The notes below the pieces were generated by a model that made no database searches, was not told where the DNA came from, and worked only from the letters and a program-made list of their open reading frames with translations. Positions 8,917-17,433 of a stretch of DNA of 32,000 nt are shown one piece after another. Source of the DNA: Acaryochloris thomasi RCC1774 (GTDB lineage: Bacteria; Cyanobacteriota; Cyanobacteriia; Thermosynechococcales; Thermosynechococcaceae); contig NZ_PQWO01000020.1 in NCBI RefSeq assembly GCF_003231495.1, forward strand, positions 30,001-62,000, in the 5' to 3' direction. Both the position numbers and the translations under genes were made by a program. Position 1 is the stretch's first letter. Each line of letters opens with the position of its first letter.

Positions 8917-9573
8917 TTAGCGCTTGTAGTCAGTGTCTGAAGGGAGCGTTGTTGTTCGCACAGGCTCCTGATGATTGACGGGCGTTGTTCCTGTAGAGTC
9001 TGGCACGTAATCCGTTGAAGCGCGGTACTCAACCACTTTTTCCTTCTTGCCACCTCGTAGTCCCAGTAGCCCCAGCAGTCCTAGCAGTCCTAGCCATCCC
9101 CAGTTGGCACTGTCCTCAACGGCGTTCGCAGCCTGAACGGCTTCCTGCTCTGCTTCTTGAGCAGCCCCCTCTATCGCCTCTCCAGTCTCTTGAGCTGCGC
9201 CTTCAATTTCTTCACCCGTCTGCTCAATCGCTTCTCCGGTCGCATCGATGGCTTCGCCTGCAGCTTCTGTCGTATTCTCGGCAGCATTCTCTACCGCTTC
9301 TCCGGTGGCGTCAACAGCCTCTCCTGCTTCTTGTACAGTGTTTTCAGCACCCTCTTCTACTGCTTCTCCGGTGTTGCTCAGCCCCTTCTGAATCTGGTCG
9401 CCAGCCTGGTCAAAGTTATCACCAGCTTGATTCAGTTCCTGCTCAGCCGCAGGATCCTGTGCAGGGGCAGCCGTACCTTGGGCATGGGCCATCTCCCCGA
9501 AAGAAAACAGTGCAACGCTAACGGCCAAGGCAGCGGCGCTAGCGGTCTGTGTCGTTTGCAGAAGGAATTTCAT
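8917..9573 (-). CDS. Secreted acidic Gly/Glu/Ala repeat protein with a WGxxGxxG-like membrane anchor
   Basis: Signal peptide ...FSFGEMAHA|QG. Degenerate GEA(V/I)(E/D)xx repeats cover about aa 69-155. NWGWLGLLGLLGLLGL + RGGKKEK is at aa 157-179 (nt 9037-9105), followed by a 39-aa tail after the basic cluster. Confidence 0.75.
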   Translation of the reverse strand: MKFLLQTTQTASAAALAVSVALFSFGEMAHAQGTAAPAQDPAAEQELNQAGDNFDQAGDQIQKGLSNTGEAVEEGAENTVQEAGEAVDATGEAVENAAENTTEAAGEAIDATGEAIEQTGEEIEGAAQETGEAIEGAAQEAEQEAVQAANAVEDSANWGWLGLLGLLGLLGLRGGKKEKVVEYRASTDYVPDSTGTTPVNHQEPVRTTTLPSDTDYKR

Positions 9574-9770
9574 GGGTGTGGACCTCTTTGTCTCAAAATT
9601 GGCGGATTCGTTTTTAAAATAATTATATCAACATACTAAACGCCATCAGTGATGCAGGACATCCTGATTGAGATAGAGAGCTAGACGCCACAAGATCTAT
9701 CTCTGGTCTGATTTTTGGGTCATTATTTTCGTCAATGGGTAGAGATTCTAACGGCTCTACGAAGAAGAAT

Positions 9771-10637
9771 CTATTCACCCTGACTCAGCTGTAGCAGTGC
9801 GACCTTTTTGCTAATGCTCTCGACCGCAAGGGTGAGAGACTGCATCAGTTCAGCTCCTTCACTATAGTCAGCCGGTGCTAGATTGATGACGCGCTGACTC
9901 TGACTCACCTGATATTCTTGATTCCAATCGGCTGCCGTTCCCTGTTCATAGACGCCGAGGGCAATTCCACCTGCTTGTTTCAGCAGTTCAAAACAGGGGA
10001 GATCAGAGGTTCCATCACCGACATAGATGACTTGGCTGAAAGGCACATGAAGCTGCTCTTCAGGAACGTCTTGATAGACAAACAGGAGATCATCTTGAGA
10101 GTGGTTGTCCATGCCCTTCGACAGATAGTTTAGGTAGCGCGTTTTCTCTGAGTGAGTCACGGATCGCTTGAGACACTGAATTTCCCCCGCAGGTGTGTAG
10201 TGAAATTCGCAGCCCCACATGGCTTTGAAATAAGGGGCGATGGCGCTGTTCCGAGCGACTTCTACAAAACCGCTGGTAATCAAGTAAAATTCGACCTCGA
10301 TATCTGGCACAATCGCTTGGGCCTGTTGCGTCAGTTGCTCAAACATCTCAGTGACGCCCGGGAAGGGTTGATGCTGTTGACCAAACTGAGTCAGCGTTTC
10401 TTTGGTAATCTTTTGACCCGCAGGTCGCTGTTGCGAAGCTTCAGCCAAGAGGTGAAATCTGGCAGCGATCCCGTCCCAGCCTTGGTGCTTGAGAGGTTCG
10501 TATCGCTCTTCACGAAACTGGGCAACGTCATAGCCGAGATAATTCAGCAAGCCATCGAAACTGTCGGGAACCAGTGTTTCATCGAAGTCAAATGCGATCG
10601 CAATTCGATTGGCAACCGGCTGAGTCGCTTGTGTCAT
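9771..10637 (-). CDS. HAD-superfamily hydrolase/phosphatase
   Basis: Motif I is AFDFDETL (DxDxT) and motif IV is YVGDGTSDLPCF. I placed the start at the internal ATG (MTQATQ...), because the 18-codon upstream extension (MDANYFYFYLLPHFIHRT) looks non-coding. Confidence 0.8.
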   Translation of the reverse strand: MTQATQPVANRIAIAFDFDETLVPDSFDGLLNYLGYDVAQFREERYEPLKHQGWDGIAARFHLLAEASQQRPAGQKITKETLTQFGQQHQPFPGVTEMFEQLTQQAQAIVPDIEVEFYLITSGFVEVARNSAIAPYFKAMWGCEFHYTPAGEIQCLKRSVTHSEKTRYLNYLSKGMDNHSQDDLLFVYQDVPEEQLHVPFSQVIYVGDGTSDLPCFELLKQAGGIALGVYEQGTAADWNQEYQVSQSQRVINLAPADYSEGAELMQSLTLAVESISKKVALLQLSQGE

Positions 10638-10742
10638 TGTTCTATGGATAAAGTGCGGCAGTAGATAGAAGTAAAAATAGTTAGCATCCACTACTGCAAA
10701 GTCTAGGACAACGACGAAGGACCGAGCATCTAGCTTCAGGTA

Positions 10743-10958
10743 TATGCCTTACCCATACATCGTGAAATCTAGTTCTGGCTTATATTCTCCCCCCTTTTTC
10801 AAGGGGGGGCTGGGAGGGATCTGGCTCATTGCCTAGTGATGAGCTTTCTCAAATCGTGAGTTGCAAGGTGATTTCTGAGGGGAGATCCCTCCTCCCTTTT
10901 TCAAGGTAGGGTTAGATCCCGGTCTTTGCATGAATGTAGGAGTTGTGGGTAAGGCATA
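10743..10958. mobile_element. MITE-like non-autonomous element (about 216 bp)
   Basis: Perfect 13-bp terminal inverted repeats: TATGCCTTACCCA (10743-10755) and TGGGTAAGGCATA (10946-10958). They are bracketed by the direct repeat AGCTTCAGG (10732-10740 and 10960-10968). Inside are two copies of a CCC(C)TTTTTCAAGG..GG..GATC hairpin unit. The element has no coding capacity. Confidence 0.5.
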
Positions 10959-11100
10959 GAGCTTCAGGCATATAAGATTTTGCTCACAAAATGTAGCTGT
11001 GAGGCTCCTTATATTTTGCGTTTCTGCTTAAGCTAGAGATACTTTACTGCTCGGCAACCTGAGACTGAAAGCATTTTGCAAAACACAAAGGATTCTCGAT

Positions 11101-12042
11101 ATGCCGCAGACAGTTGGCCTCGCCCTTGGCAGCGGTGGCGCAAGAGGTTGGGCACACATTGGTGTCCTGAGAGCCTTGGAAGAGGCAGACATCAAGATCG
11201 ATTACGTTGCTGGGACCAGCATTGGTGCAGTGGTGGGCGCTTTTTACGCCATTGGTGAATTAGATGCGCTAGAGGAATTTGTCTATCCCCTCGACTGGAA
11301 AAAGATTGTTTCATTCCTAGACGTGGTTTTTCCAAGGCAGGGCCTACTGGATGGCGATAAGGTCTACAGCTTACTGGCTGAGCATCTGCGAGAGCGTCAA
11401 ATGGAGGACACGCTCACGCCATTTTGTTGTGTCTCGACGAACTTAACCACGCGGCAAGCTGTTTGTCTCGATAGTGGATCAATGGTGGATGCCGTCAGAG
11501 CCAGTCTATCGATTCCTGGCATATTTACACCCGCACAGCGAGAAGGGAGCTACCTTGTTGACGGTGGCCTCGTTAACCCCATCCCGATCGATGTCGTTAG
11601 GAATATGGGCGCAGAAGTCGTGATTGCGGTGGACTTGAACAATAGTCTCTCTCATTCAGAAGCGGAGCAAAATCCTGATGTGATTTCAGAGTCTAAACCT
11701 GACCAGGAAGAGTATCAGCCGAGGCAGGGACAGACCGAAATGTTTGCCAGCGTTGAACGGGCCTACCGCACAGTTCAGGGGACGGTGCAGGACAAAATCG
11801 ATCAGTGGATGCCGTCTGATGATCCATCTCCGAACATTTTTGATGTGATTGGTAATTCCATTAATGTTATAGAGCAGGGTCTGGCCCGCAGCAATATGGA
11901 TCTCCACCCGCCCGATATTTTAATCGAGGTGGATCTACAACAAATTGGCATCTTTGACTTTCACCAAGCGACCCCCGCAGTTAAGGCTGGGTATGCCCAA
12001 ATGAAAGGCCAGCTGGAGGAGCTGCAGCAGCTTCTATCCTAA
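11101..12042 (+). CDS. Patatin-like phospholipase (RssA-type)
   Basis: GLALGSGGARGWAHIG (oxyanion GGxRG), the GTSIG nucleophile elbow (GxSxG) and VDGGLVNPIP (catalytic Asp). Confidence 0.9.
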   Translation: MPQTVGLALGSGGARGWAHIGVLRALEEADIKIDYVAGTSIGAVVGAFYAIGELDALEEFVYPLDWKKIVSFLDVVFPRQGLLDGDKVYSLLAEHLRERQMEDTLTPFCCVSTNLTTRQAVCLDSGSMVDAVRASLSIPGIFTPAQREGSYLVDGGLVNPIPIDVVRNMGAEVVIAVDLNNSLSHSEAEQNPDVISESKPDQEEYQPRQGQTEMFASVERAYRTVQGTVQDKIDQWMPSDDPSPNIFDVIGNSINVIEQGLARSNMDLHPPDILIEVDLQQIGIFDFHQATPAVKAGYAQMKGQLEELQQLLS

Positions 12043-12070
12043 GGAGGAGATAAGCTGCTGCAGCGGTTTT

Positions 12071-12256
12071 CTAGAGAGGGAATTCTCGCCCCTGCATCCA
12101 AAGGAAAAACTTCGCTAACAGGCTAGGAAAGATATCAAAAAGCTTGAACGATGCTCCTGACAATATCACCCAGGCAAAAAAGCCCATAACATCTTTCAGA
12201 GAAAGCGAAGTTGAAGCCACTTTGTCGTTGGGCAACCAGAAACCATCATTACTCAT
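12071..12256 (-). CDS. Small hypothetical protein (61 aa), possibly membrane-associated
   Basis: The ATG is 3 nt downstream of the stop of the preceding outer-membrane protein gene (TAAGCCATG). There is one hydrophobic stretch, VMGFFAWVILSGASF. I recognise no family. Confidence 0.3.
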   Translation of the reverse strand: MSNDGFWLPNDKVASTSLSLKDVMGFFAWVILSGASFKLFDIFPSLLAKFFLWMQGREFPL

Positions 12257-12259
12257 GGC

Positions 12260-13204
12260 TTAGAATCCTGAAAAGTTGTAGCCGATACCGACGAACACAC
12301 CTAAATCGACTGGATCAAGAATTGCAAAGTTGACGCCAGCCGTTGCCGTAAGGTTAGACGTGACGGGCAAATCAACACCGCCGACCACAAGCGGGCCAAA
12401 GTCTCCTTGGGTTGAGAGCGCAGCACCACCGCCAATATAAGGTGCAAGTCGGATGTCGTTGTTAATTCGAATGGGCGCAACATCTAAAGTTGCCGGCAGC
12501 AGGAATGTGGCATCTTCATCAAAGTCCGTTGCGATAGCTGGACGAACGGAAAAGAATCGCGTTAGACCAATCTTGCTATAGATAATTAGGCCTGAATCGC
12601 CTACAGACGAATCACCTACGGTGCCAAAATTTCCACCGATGCCAACATAGCTCGGTCCTGAACGAGTTCTGCGCCCCGGATCAATTTCTCCTTCTTCAGG
12701 TACGGCTTCTGCTGGGGTTGGAAAAACGTCTTCTTCGGGGGGAATATCTTGGGCAATCAATGCTGGATTCGTTGGTTCTGCTGGAGCCAGTAATGCTGCA
12801 GAGGTTTCAAATTGAGGAAGTTCTGTCGTTGGCTCGGCAGAGACTGGTTTTGTAGGGGGTTGTTCTACGACAGGCTGAGTCGTCTCGATATCGTCGGTGA
12901 GAACAAACTCTACAAACGGTTGCTCTACGGCAGTTTCAGTGGCCTGTGCAACATCGAATTTAGGACGGGTAAACTGCGCTGCATCAAAGGTGTATTCACG
13001 CTCAAGCGCTGCCTTTAAGAACATTTGGCTATTCTCTTGAATCACGACGTTCTCATCCGTCTTTAAGCGCTCCGCTTGAAATTCTTGAGACGATGACACA
13101 GGATTATTTTCCTGGGCTTCAACGACTTCGGCCTTTGCCGATAGGACAACCGTACTTAAAGTTGCAGCACAGATGAGTTGTATTGCGCGTAAGTTGTGGT
13201 TCAT
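12260..13204 (-). CDS. Secreted protein with a Pro/Glu-rich linker and a C-terminal small outer-membrane beta-barrel-like domain
   Basis: Signal peptide ...VVLSAKA|EV. A P/E/T/A-rich linker covers about aa 95-175. The Gly-rich alternating C-terminal domain ends ...GIGYNFSGF, with the terminal aromatic residue typical of OMP barrels. Confidence 0.7.
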   Translation of the reverse strand: MNHNLRAIQLICAATLSTVVLSAKAEVVEAQENNPVSSSQEFQAERLKTDENVVIQENSQMFLKAALEREYTFDAAQFTRPKFDVAQATETAVEQPFVEFVLTDDIETTQPVVEQPPTKPVSAEPTTELPQFETSAALLAPAEPTNPALIAQDIPPEEDVFPTPAEAVPEEGEIDPGRRTRSGPSYVGIGGNFGTVGDSSVGDSGLIIYSKIGLTRFFSVRPAIATDFDEDATFLLPATLDVAPIRINNDIRLAPYIGGGAALSTQGDFGPLVVGGVDLPVTSNLTATAGVNFAILDPVDLGVFVGIGYNFSGF

Positions 13205-13671
13205 TGATGGACTCCTTCAATACCTTTGTGTTGAATGAGGGCAATAATTAGCTGAGCAACGTAGGTAAAGGGATATTGGGTCTATGCGTTGAGTCAACTC
13301 TCTTGATGAAAACAGAGGTGAAACTAGAAACCCTCCACACATAGATAGATAGAGGTGAAATCCAACTCACTCAAAAGACTGGGATCCCTAACAAATACAG
13401 CGAATTTTAGCTTGATACGGGAAATCACTTCACGATCTGGCCGATCGTACTGCCCCCTCATATTTTTTCCTTTCGGTAGATGAAAGATGTAGGGTAGCTT
13501 GCTCAAGCGATGAATTGAACGCTCGTTGCGATCGCAGTGTCCTAACACCCGTTGAATGTGCTATGACATACGAGCGGCATTATATTTAACTCCCGTCTGG
13601 GCTTCTATATTGAGCAGGTGCTGCTGCGGCTTAGCCCGACTTTGGGTTAGGAGCGCGTTTTGCACAAAAAC

Positions 13672-14871
13672 TCACTGACTGCGATGGGCGGCGGTGACAG
13701 ACTGTGGAAACGTAACCGTAAAGGTAGACCCGACACCTATTTCGGAGTTCAGCTCAATGTCACCCTGCAGTAACCTCACGAGCTTGGCAACGATCGCAAG
13801 TCCTAACCCTGTACTTTGCGGTAGCTGCTCTTCTTTAACGCCTGCTTGATAATAGGGTTCAAAAACGTGAGCTTGGTCCGCAGGGCTGATGCCTCGCCCC
13901 GTGTCGATCACAGTCAGTGACCAGCGATCGCTACCGCAGGTTTGGCAAATAATGGTCACAGACCCTGACGTTGTATAGCGCAGGGCATTGCTAAATAAAT
14001 TAGAGATAATCTGCTGCAGTCGTAGGGAGTCAGACTGGACTTGAGGTGGGGCGCGATCGCAATCTAGAATCACCTCTATGTTTTCTAAAGCCTGCGGCTG
14101 TACCGCATCCACAACGCCTTGGACGAGGGGCACCAACCCTACCTCTTTGAGGTCAAGCTCAATCTGATCGGCATCAAATCGCGCCACCTCTACGGCATTA
14201 TTGATCAGGCGCAGAAGCTGCTGGCTGTTGCTCAGGACACGCTTGATCAGCTTCAAATCTCCTGCTTTCTCCTGCCCTGCTGCCGACTGCTGCCGCTGAA
14301 GCAGAAGTTCTGAAAAGCCCATAATGGCAGCCAGCGGATTTTTGAGTTCATGGCTGAGGTGAGAGAGATTTTCCCGTTGAGCCAGACTCAGGCGCGTCAG
14401 TTCTTGGTTGGTGAGCAGGAGCTGTCCCTGAATCTCTTCATATTCATAGGTGCGCTGATCGATGTATTCCTCCATCGAGGCGGAAATCACCTGATCGAAA
14501 ACGCCGTTAATAATCTGCATAGCTTCAAATAGCTCTGCCGCTGACCCTGACTGTAAATCATCAGACAATGTATCAAACAGAATCTGGCGCAGGAGCTGAT
14601 ACTCTCGCATCACTTCAGCAACGTCGTAGCCCTGCTGTGCTCGAATCAGACCATGCTTGATACTTTTGTCTTTAAGGGTGTGTGGCTGATCGGTCAGGGA
14701 AGAGGTAAGCAGGGTTGCGATCGCCTTCAAGACATGGGGAATGCTGTCGCGGACGGACTGAAACGATAGACCTCTAGCGCTCTCGATTTCAAGATCTTGG
14801 CGAACAGCCGCAATCCAGGCTTCTACAACGGTATCTGTCTTCTTCAGAAGCGCTTGACCCAAGTCGTTCAT
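13672..14871 (-). CDS. Cytoplasmic sensor histidine kinase (helical N-terminal sensor, HisKA, HATPase)
   Basis: HisKA: LSHLSHELKNPLAAIMGFSELL. HATPase: NALRYT...DTGRGI...STGLGLAI. I saw no TM segments. The ATG is at 14871; the track start at 14877 is a GTG two codons upstream. Confidence 0.88.
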   Translation of the reverse strand: MNDLGQALLKKTDTVVEAWIAAVRQDLEIESARGLSFQSVRDSIPHVLKAIATLLTSSLTDQPHTLKDKSIKHGLIRAQQGYDVAEVMREYQLLRQILFDTLSDDLQSGSAAELFEAMQIINGVFDQVISASMEEYIDQRTYEYEEIQGQLLLTNQELTRLSLAQRENLSHLSHELKNPLAAIMGFSELLLQRQQSAAGQEKAGDLKLIKRVLSNSQQLLRLINNAVEVARFDADQIELDLKEVGLVPLVQGVVDAVQPQALENIEVILDCDRAPPQVQSDSLRLQQIISNLFSNALRYTTSGSVTIICQTCGSDRWSLTVIDTGRGISPADQAHVFEPYYQAGVKEEQLPQSTGLGLAIVAKLVRLLQGDIELNSEIGVGSTFTVTFPQSVTAAHRSQ

Positions 14872-14966
14872 AACCACAGCAACACAGAACTCAGGTTCAT
14901 TCTAAAAGATAGGGAGCACTCTCTATTTTTAGAGCAACTTTAGACAGGCAATTGTTCTAGCCTACA

Positions 14967-15019
14967 TTGTATAAAACCTACTCCGATCTACGTTGTATAA
15001 ACTGTACAAGTTGTATAAA
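14967..15019. promoter_or_regulatory. Three direct copies of TTGTATAAA in a divergent intergenic region
   Basis: Perfect 9-mers at 14967-14975, 14993-15001 and 15011-15019, each in an ACNTTGTATAAA-like context. They lie between the kinase gene (minus strand) and the DUF1830 gene (plus strand). Confidence 0.35.
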
Positions 15020-15306
15020 AAGCGCGATCTCAACAGCGCCGTTCTCTATCTATAGACAAAACCTGTGTCTATCTGGAGCTAGACTCCTGAAACCTCAGCC
15101 TGAGGGAGTATTAAGCTATAGCGATCAAATGGCTGGTCAGGCCAGCGGGCCTCTAACCAACACAAGTTCAGCCGAGAGAATATCCTAACCCATCCTTCTC
15201 TCGCGATACGTCGCAGTGCATGAATGGATTAGAGCCACAAAGGAACTGCGGTTCATAGGCATCCCAAGAGATCGCAACCCAAACCTCATCTCATTACAAA
15301 AAGACC

Positions 15307-15669
15307 ATGCTTTTATGTCAGTACAGTAATCCGACGAAACGAATTCAGATTTTACGGATTACCGATGGCTCAAAGACCATTGACGGGGAGCGAGTGGTCT
15401 TACCTCAGCAGCGCATCACCTTTCATGCCAAACCGGAAGCCGTGCTGGAGGTTATTTCTGGAGAGTCGATTACCGCAATGGTTGAAGCACGTATTCCCTG
15501 CAAAGCTCTTTGTATCGCGTTCAAGATTGATCGGTCACAGCAGGCCCGCAAAAGATCGCCACGGCAAAAACGTGCTGCAGCTCAGGCGCTGCAGGTGATG
15601 GACCTCAGTGTCGATAAAACTCTGCCGGAAGATAGAGGTGGCACTCTACCAACCTTTGAGACAGTGTGA
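15307..15669 (+). CDS. DUF1830-family protein (cyanobacterial/plastid lineage) with a basic C-terminal extension
   Basis: LLCQYSNPTKRIQILRI...ERVVLPQQRITFHAKPEAVLEV...RIPCKAL aligns by eye with the DUF1830 pattern (ILCCYVN...IQIARI...ERVVFPGQRL.FEA...LEI...IPCD.L). Confidence 0.75.
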   Translation: MLLCQYSNPTKRIQILRITDGSKTIDGERVVLPQQRITFHAKPEAVLEVISGESITAMVEARIPCKALCIAFKIDRSQQARKRSPRQKRAAAQALQVMDLSVDKTLPEDRGGTLPTFETV

Positions 15670-15695
15670 TTTAAAGTGTATCGATAAGCTGACAT

Positions 15696-16601
15696 ATGTT
15701 GCGTCTTAATCAGATTAAAACAGCAGGCTTGCTCGGTCTTCTGAGCGGTCTAATTGTTCTCGCTAGCTACTATTTAGTCGGGAATGAACAGGGGCTATAC
15801 CTTGGCCTAGCCTTTTCTGCCGTGACCAGTATTGGATCCTGGTTTTACTCTGATAAGGCTGCTTTAGCCGCCTTTCAGGCTCAGCCGCTAGAGCGCTCAG
15901 ACAATCCTCGGTATTTTGATATGGTCGCCAAATTGTGCGATCGCGCGGATTTACCGATGCCGAAGTTGTACATCATTCCGACAAAGTCACCCAATGCCTT
16001 TGCGACAGGCCGCAACCCCGAGAATGCAGCCGTTGCGGCCACCCAAGGCATCATTGACCTGCTGTCTACACAAGAGCTAGAGGGCGTCATTGCCCATGAA
16101 TTGACCCATATTCGCAACCGAGACACCCTGACCCAGGCGGTTGCTGGAACGCTTGCTGGAGCCATCACCTTCCTGGGTCGCATTCTGACCTTCGGCGGTC
16201 TTTACTTGCCCGCCAGCCGCGACAATCGTCGGGGCGGCAATCCTCTGGCCCTTCTGTTTCTAATAGTTTTAGCTCCCCTCTCCGCGATGCTGATTCAGCT
16301 GGGCATTTCCCGCACCCGCGAGTTCTCCGCCGATGAAGGAGCCGCTCAGATTACCGGCAGACCGCTGGCCCTCGCGAGCGCTTTGCAGAAGCTAGAAACT
16401 ATAGGGCAGCAAATTCCTATCAACGGCAATCCATCTATGTCACCGCTGCTGATCATTAACCCCTTGAGTAAAGAGGGGCTGCAAACCCTCTTTCGCACGC
16501 ATCCGACGACGGAAGCTCGGATTCAGCGTCTCCAGGAGCTAGCCAATCAAACGAGTGGCACTAAAGGTTTAGTAAGTTCTTTATTTGGAAAAGCATCATG
16601 A
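15696..16601 (+). CDS. htpX: Zinc metalloprotease HtpX (peptidase M48)
   Basis: Two N-terminal TM segments, PNAFATGRNP, the HEXXH motif in VIAHELTHIRNRD, EFSADEGAA and a C-terminal FRTHPTTEARI. Confidence 0.93.
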   Translation: MLRLNQIKTAGLLGLLSGLIVLASYYLVGNEQGLYLGLAFSAVTSIGSWFYSDKAALAAFQAQPLERSDNPRYFDMVAKLCDRADLPMPKLYIIPTKSPNAFATGRNPENAAVAATQGIIDLLSTQELEGVIAHELTHIRNRDTLTQAVAGTLAGAITFLGRILTFGGLYLPASRDNRRGGNPLALLFLIVLAPLSAMLIQLGISRTREFSADEGAAQITGRPLALASALQKLETIGQQIPINGNPSMSPLLIINPLSKEGLQTLFRTHPTTEARIQRLQELANQTSGTKGLVSSLFGKAS

Positions 16602-17317
16602 CAACGAGCCAAAACATCGAGAGTCAAGCACTCAGCACAGCGGCTGAAGCCGGTTTCGAGAGCCAGCTCGACGCAGTAGAAACTCTCGATGTCGATATCG
16701 AAGCCAATGCTGGAGATCTGGTGCAGGGGGAATTAGAATCCGTCACCGTTGAAGGTGAAGGGCTGGTCATGCAGGGGGATCTGCGCGCAGAAGCGTTAGT
16801 AGTTGAGACAGATGCGATCGCAATCAATCCGCTTAAAGCGGCCTTTGGCGACATCGAGCTGAAGCAGCCAACAAACGCCACGGCAGAAGTCACCCTGACA
16901 GAATCCGACATTGAGCGAGCCTTCAACTCTGACTTTATGCGCAAAAAGCTGCGGGGCCTCAAGCTAGAGATCGACGGCAAGCCCCACACCATTGACCCCA
17001 ACCAAATTACCTTCAAACTTCCAGGTGCAGGCAAGGTTGAGCTGAGTGCAAAATTCTTGATTATTGAGTCGGTTGAGACCCAGCAGGTCAACATCAAGGC
17101 TGTCCCTCAAGTGAGCGATAACGGCCACAGCATTATTTTGCAAGATGTACAGGCCGAAGGACCAGAATCTGTCGTAGATGCTTTGCTTGACAGCGCCACA
17201 GAACTACTAGACCTGCGTAATTTTGAGCTAGAGGGTATGTCGTTCCGGCTGCAGGAGCTAGAGGTCCAGCAAGGACAGCTGATGATGCAGGCTACAGCGA
17301 AGGTCTCCGACATTTAG
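16598..17317 (+). CDS. DUF2993/LmeA-like protein
   Basis: The start overlaps the htpX stop (ATGA). Repeated 'L...V.G..L.....L....' beta-rich segments (VTVEGEGLVMQGDLRAEALVVETDAIAINP) resemble DUF2993. The family call is tentative. Confidence 0.6.
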   Translation: MTTSQNIESQALSTAAEAGFESQLDAVETLDVDIEANAGDLVQGELESVTVEGEGLVMQGDLRAEALVVETDAIAINPLKAAFGDIELKQPTNATAEVTLTESDIERAFNSDFMRKKLRGLKLEIDGKPHTIDPNQITFKLPGAGKVELSAKFLIIESVETQQVNIKAVPQVSDNGHSIILQDVQAEGPESVVDALLDSATELLDLRNFELEGMSFRLQELEVQQGQLMMQATAKVSDI

Positions 17318-17356
17318 TCCGCCTCTATCCTGTGGCAGACCGAGATCGCTTGATAA

Positions 17357-17372
17357 TCAATCTGCAGATTGA
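17357..17372. promoter_or_regulatory. Perfect 16-bp palindrome TCAATCTGCAGATTGA, a candidate operator
   Basis: The sequence equals its own reverse complement. It lies 40 nt after the DUF2993 stop and about 40-60 nt before the DJ-1/PfpI start. No U-tract follows, so it is not a typical terminator. Confidence 0.3.
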
Positions 17373-17433
17373 CGGTTCTGTAACGGCAAATCATTAATTT
17401 GAGAATGAGTTGCTTAGAAAGGGAGTCTTATCT

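Noticed and set aside
10638-10691. N-terminal extensions in the track ORFs: HAD 10638-10691, SDR 18536-18589, kinase 460-483 and kinase 14872-14877.
   Set aside because: The extensions start at non-ATG codons or encode implausible hydrophobic or aromatic peptides upstream of a well-placed ATG, so I chose the internal starts.
13324-13548. A 74-aa minus-strand ORF between the OMP gene and the kinase gene.
   Set aside because: It has no recognisable motif, sits in an AT-richer intergenic stretch, and has an unconvincing composition and start context.
14969-15007. NtcA-like GTA...TAC sites within the TTGTATAAA repeats (14969-14981 and 14995-15007).
   Set aside because: Both have a 7-nt spacer (GTA-N7-TAC), whereas the established NtcA consensus is GTA-N8-TAC.
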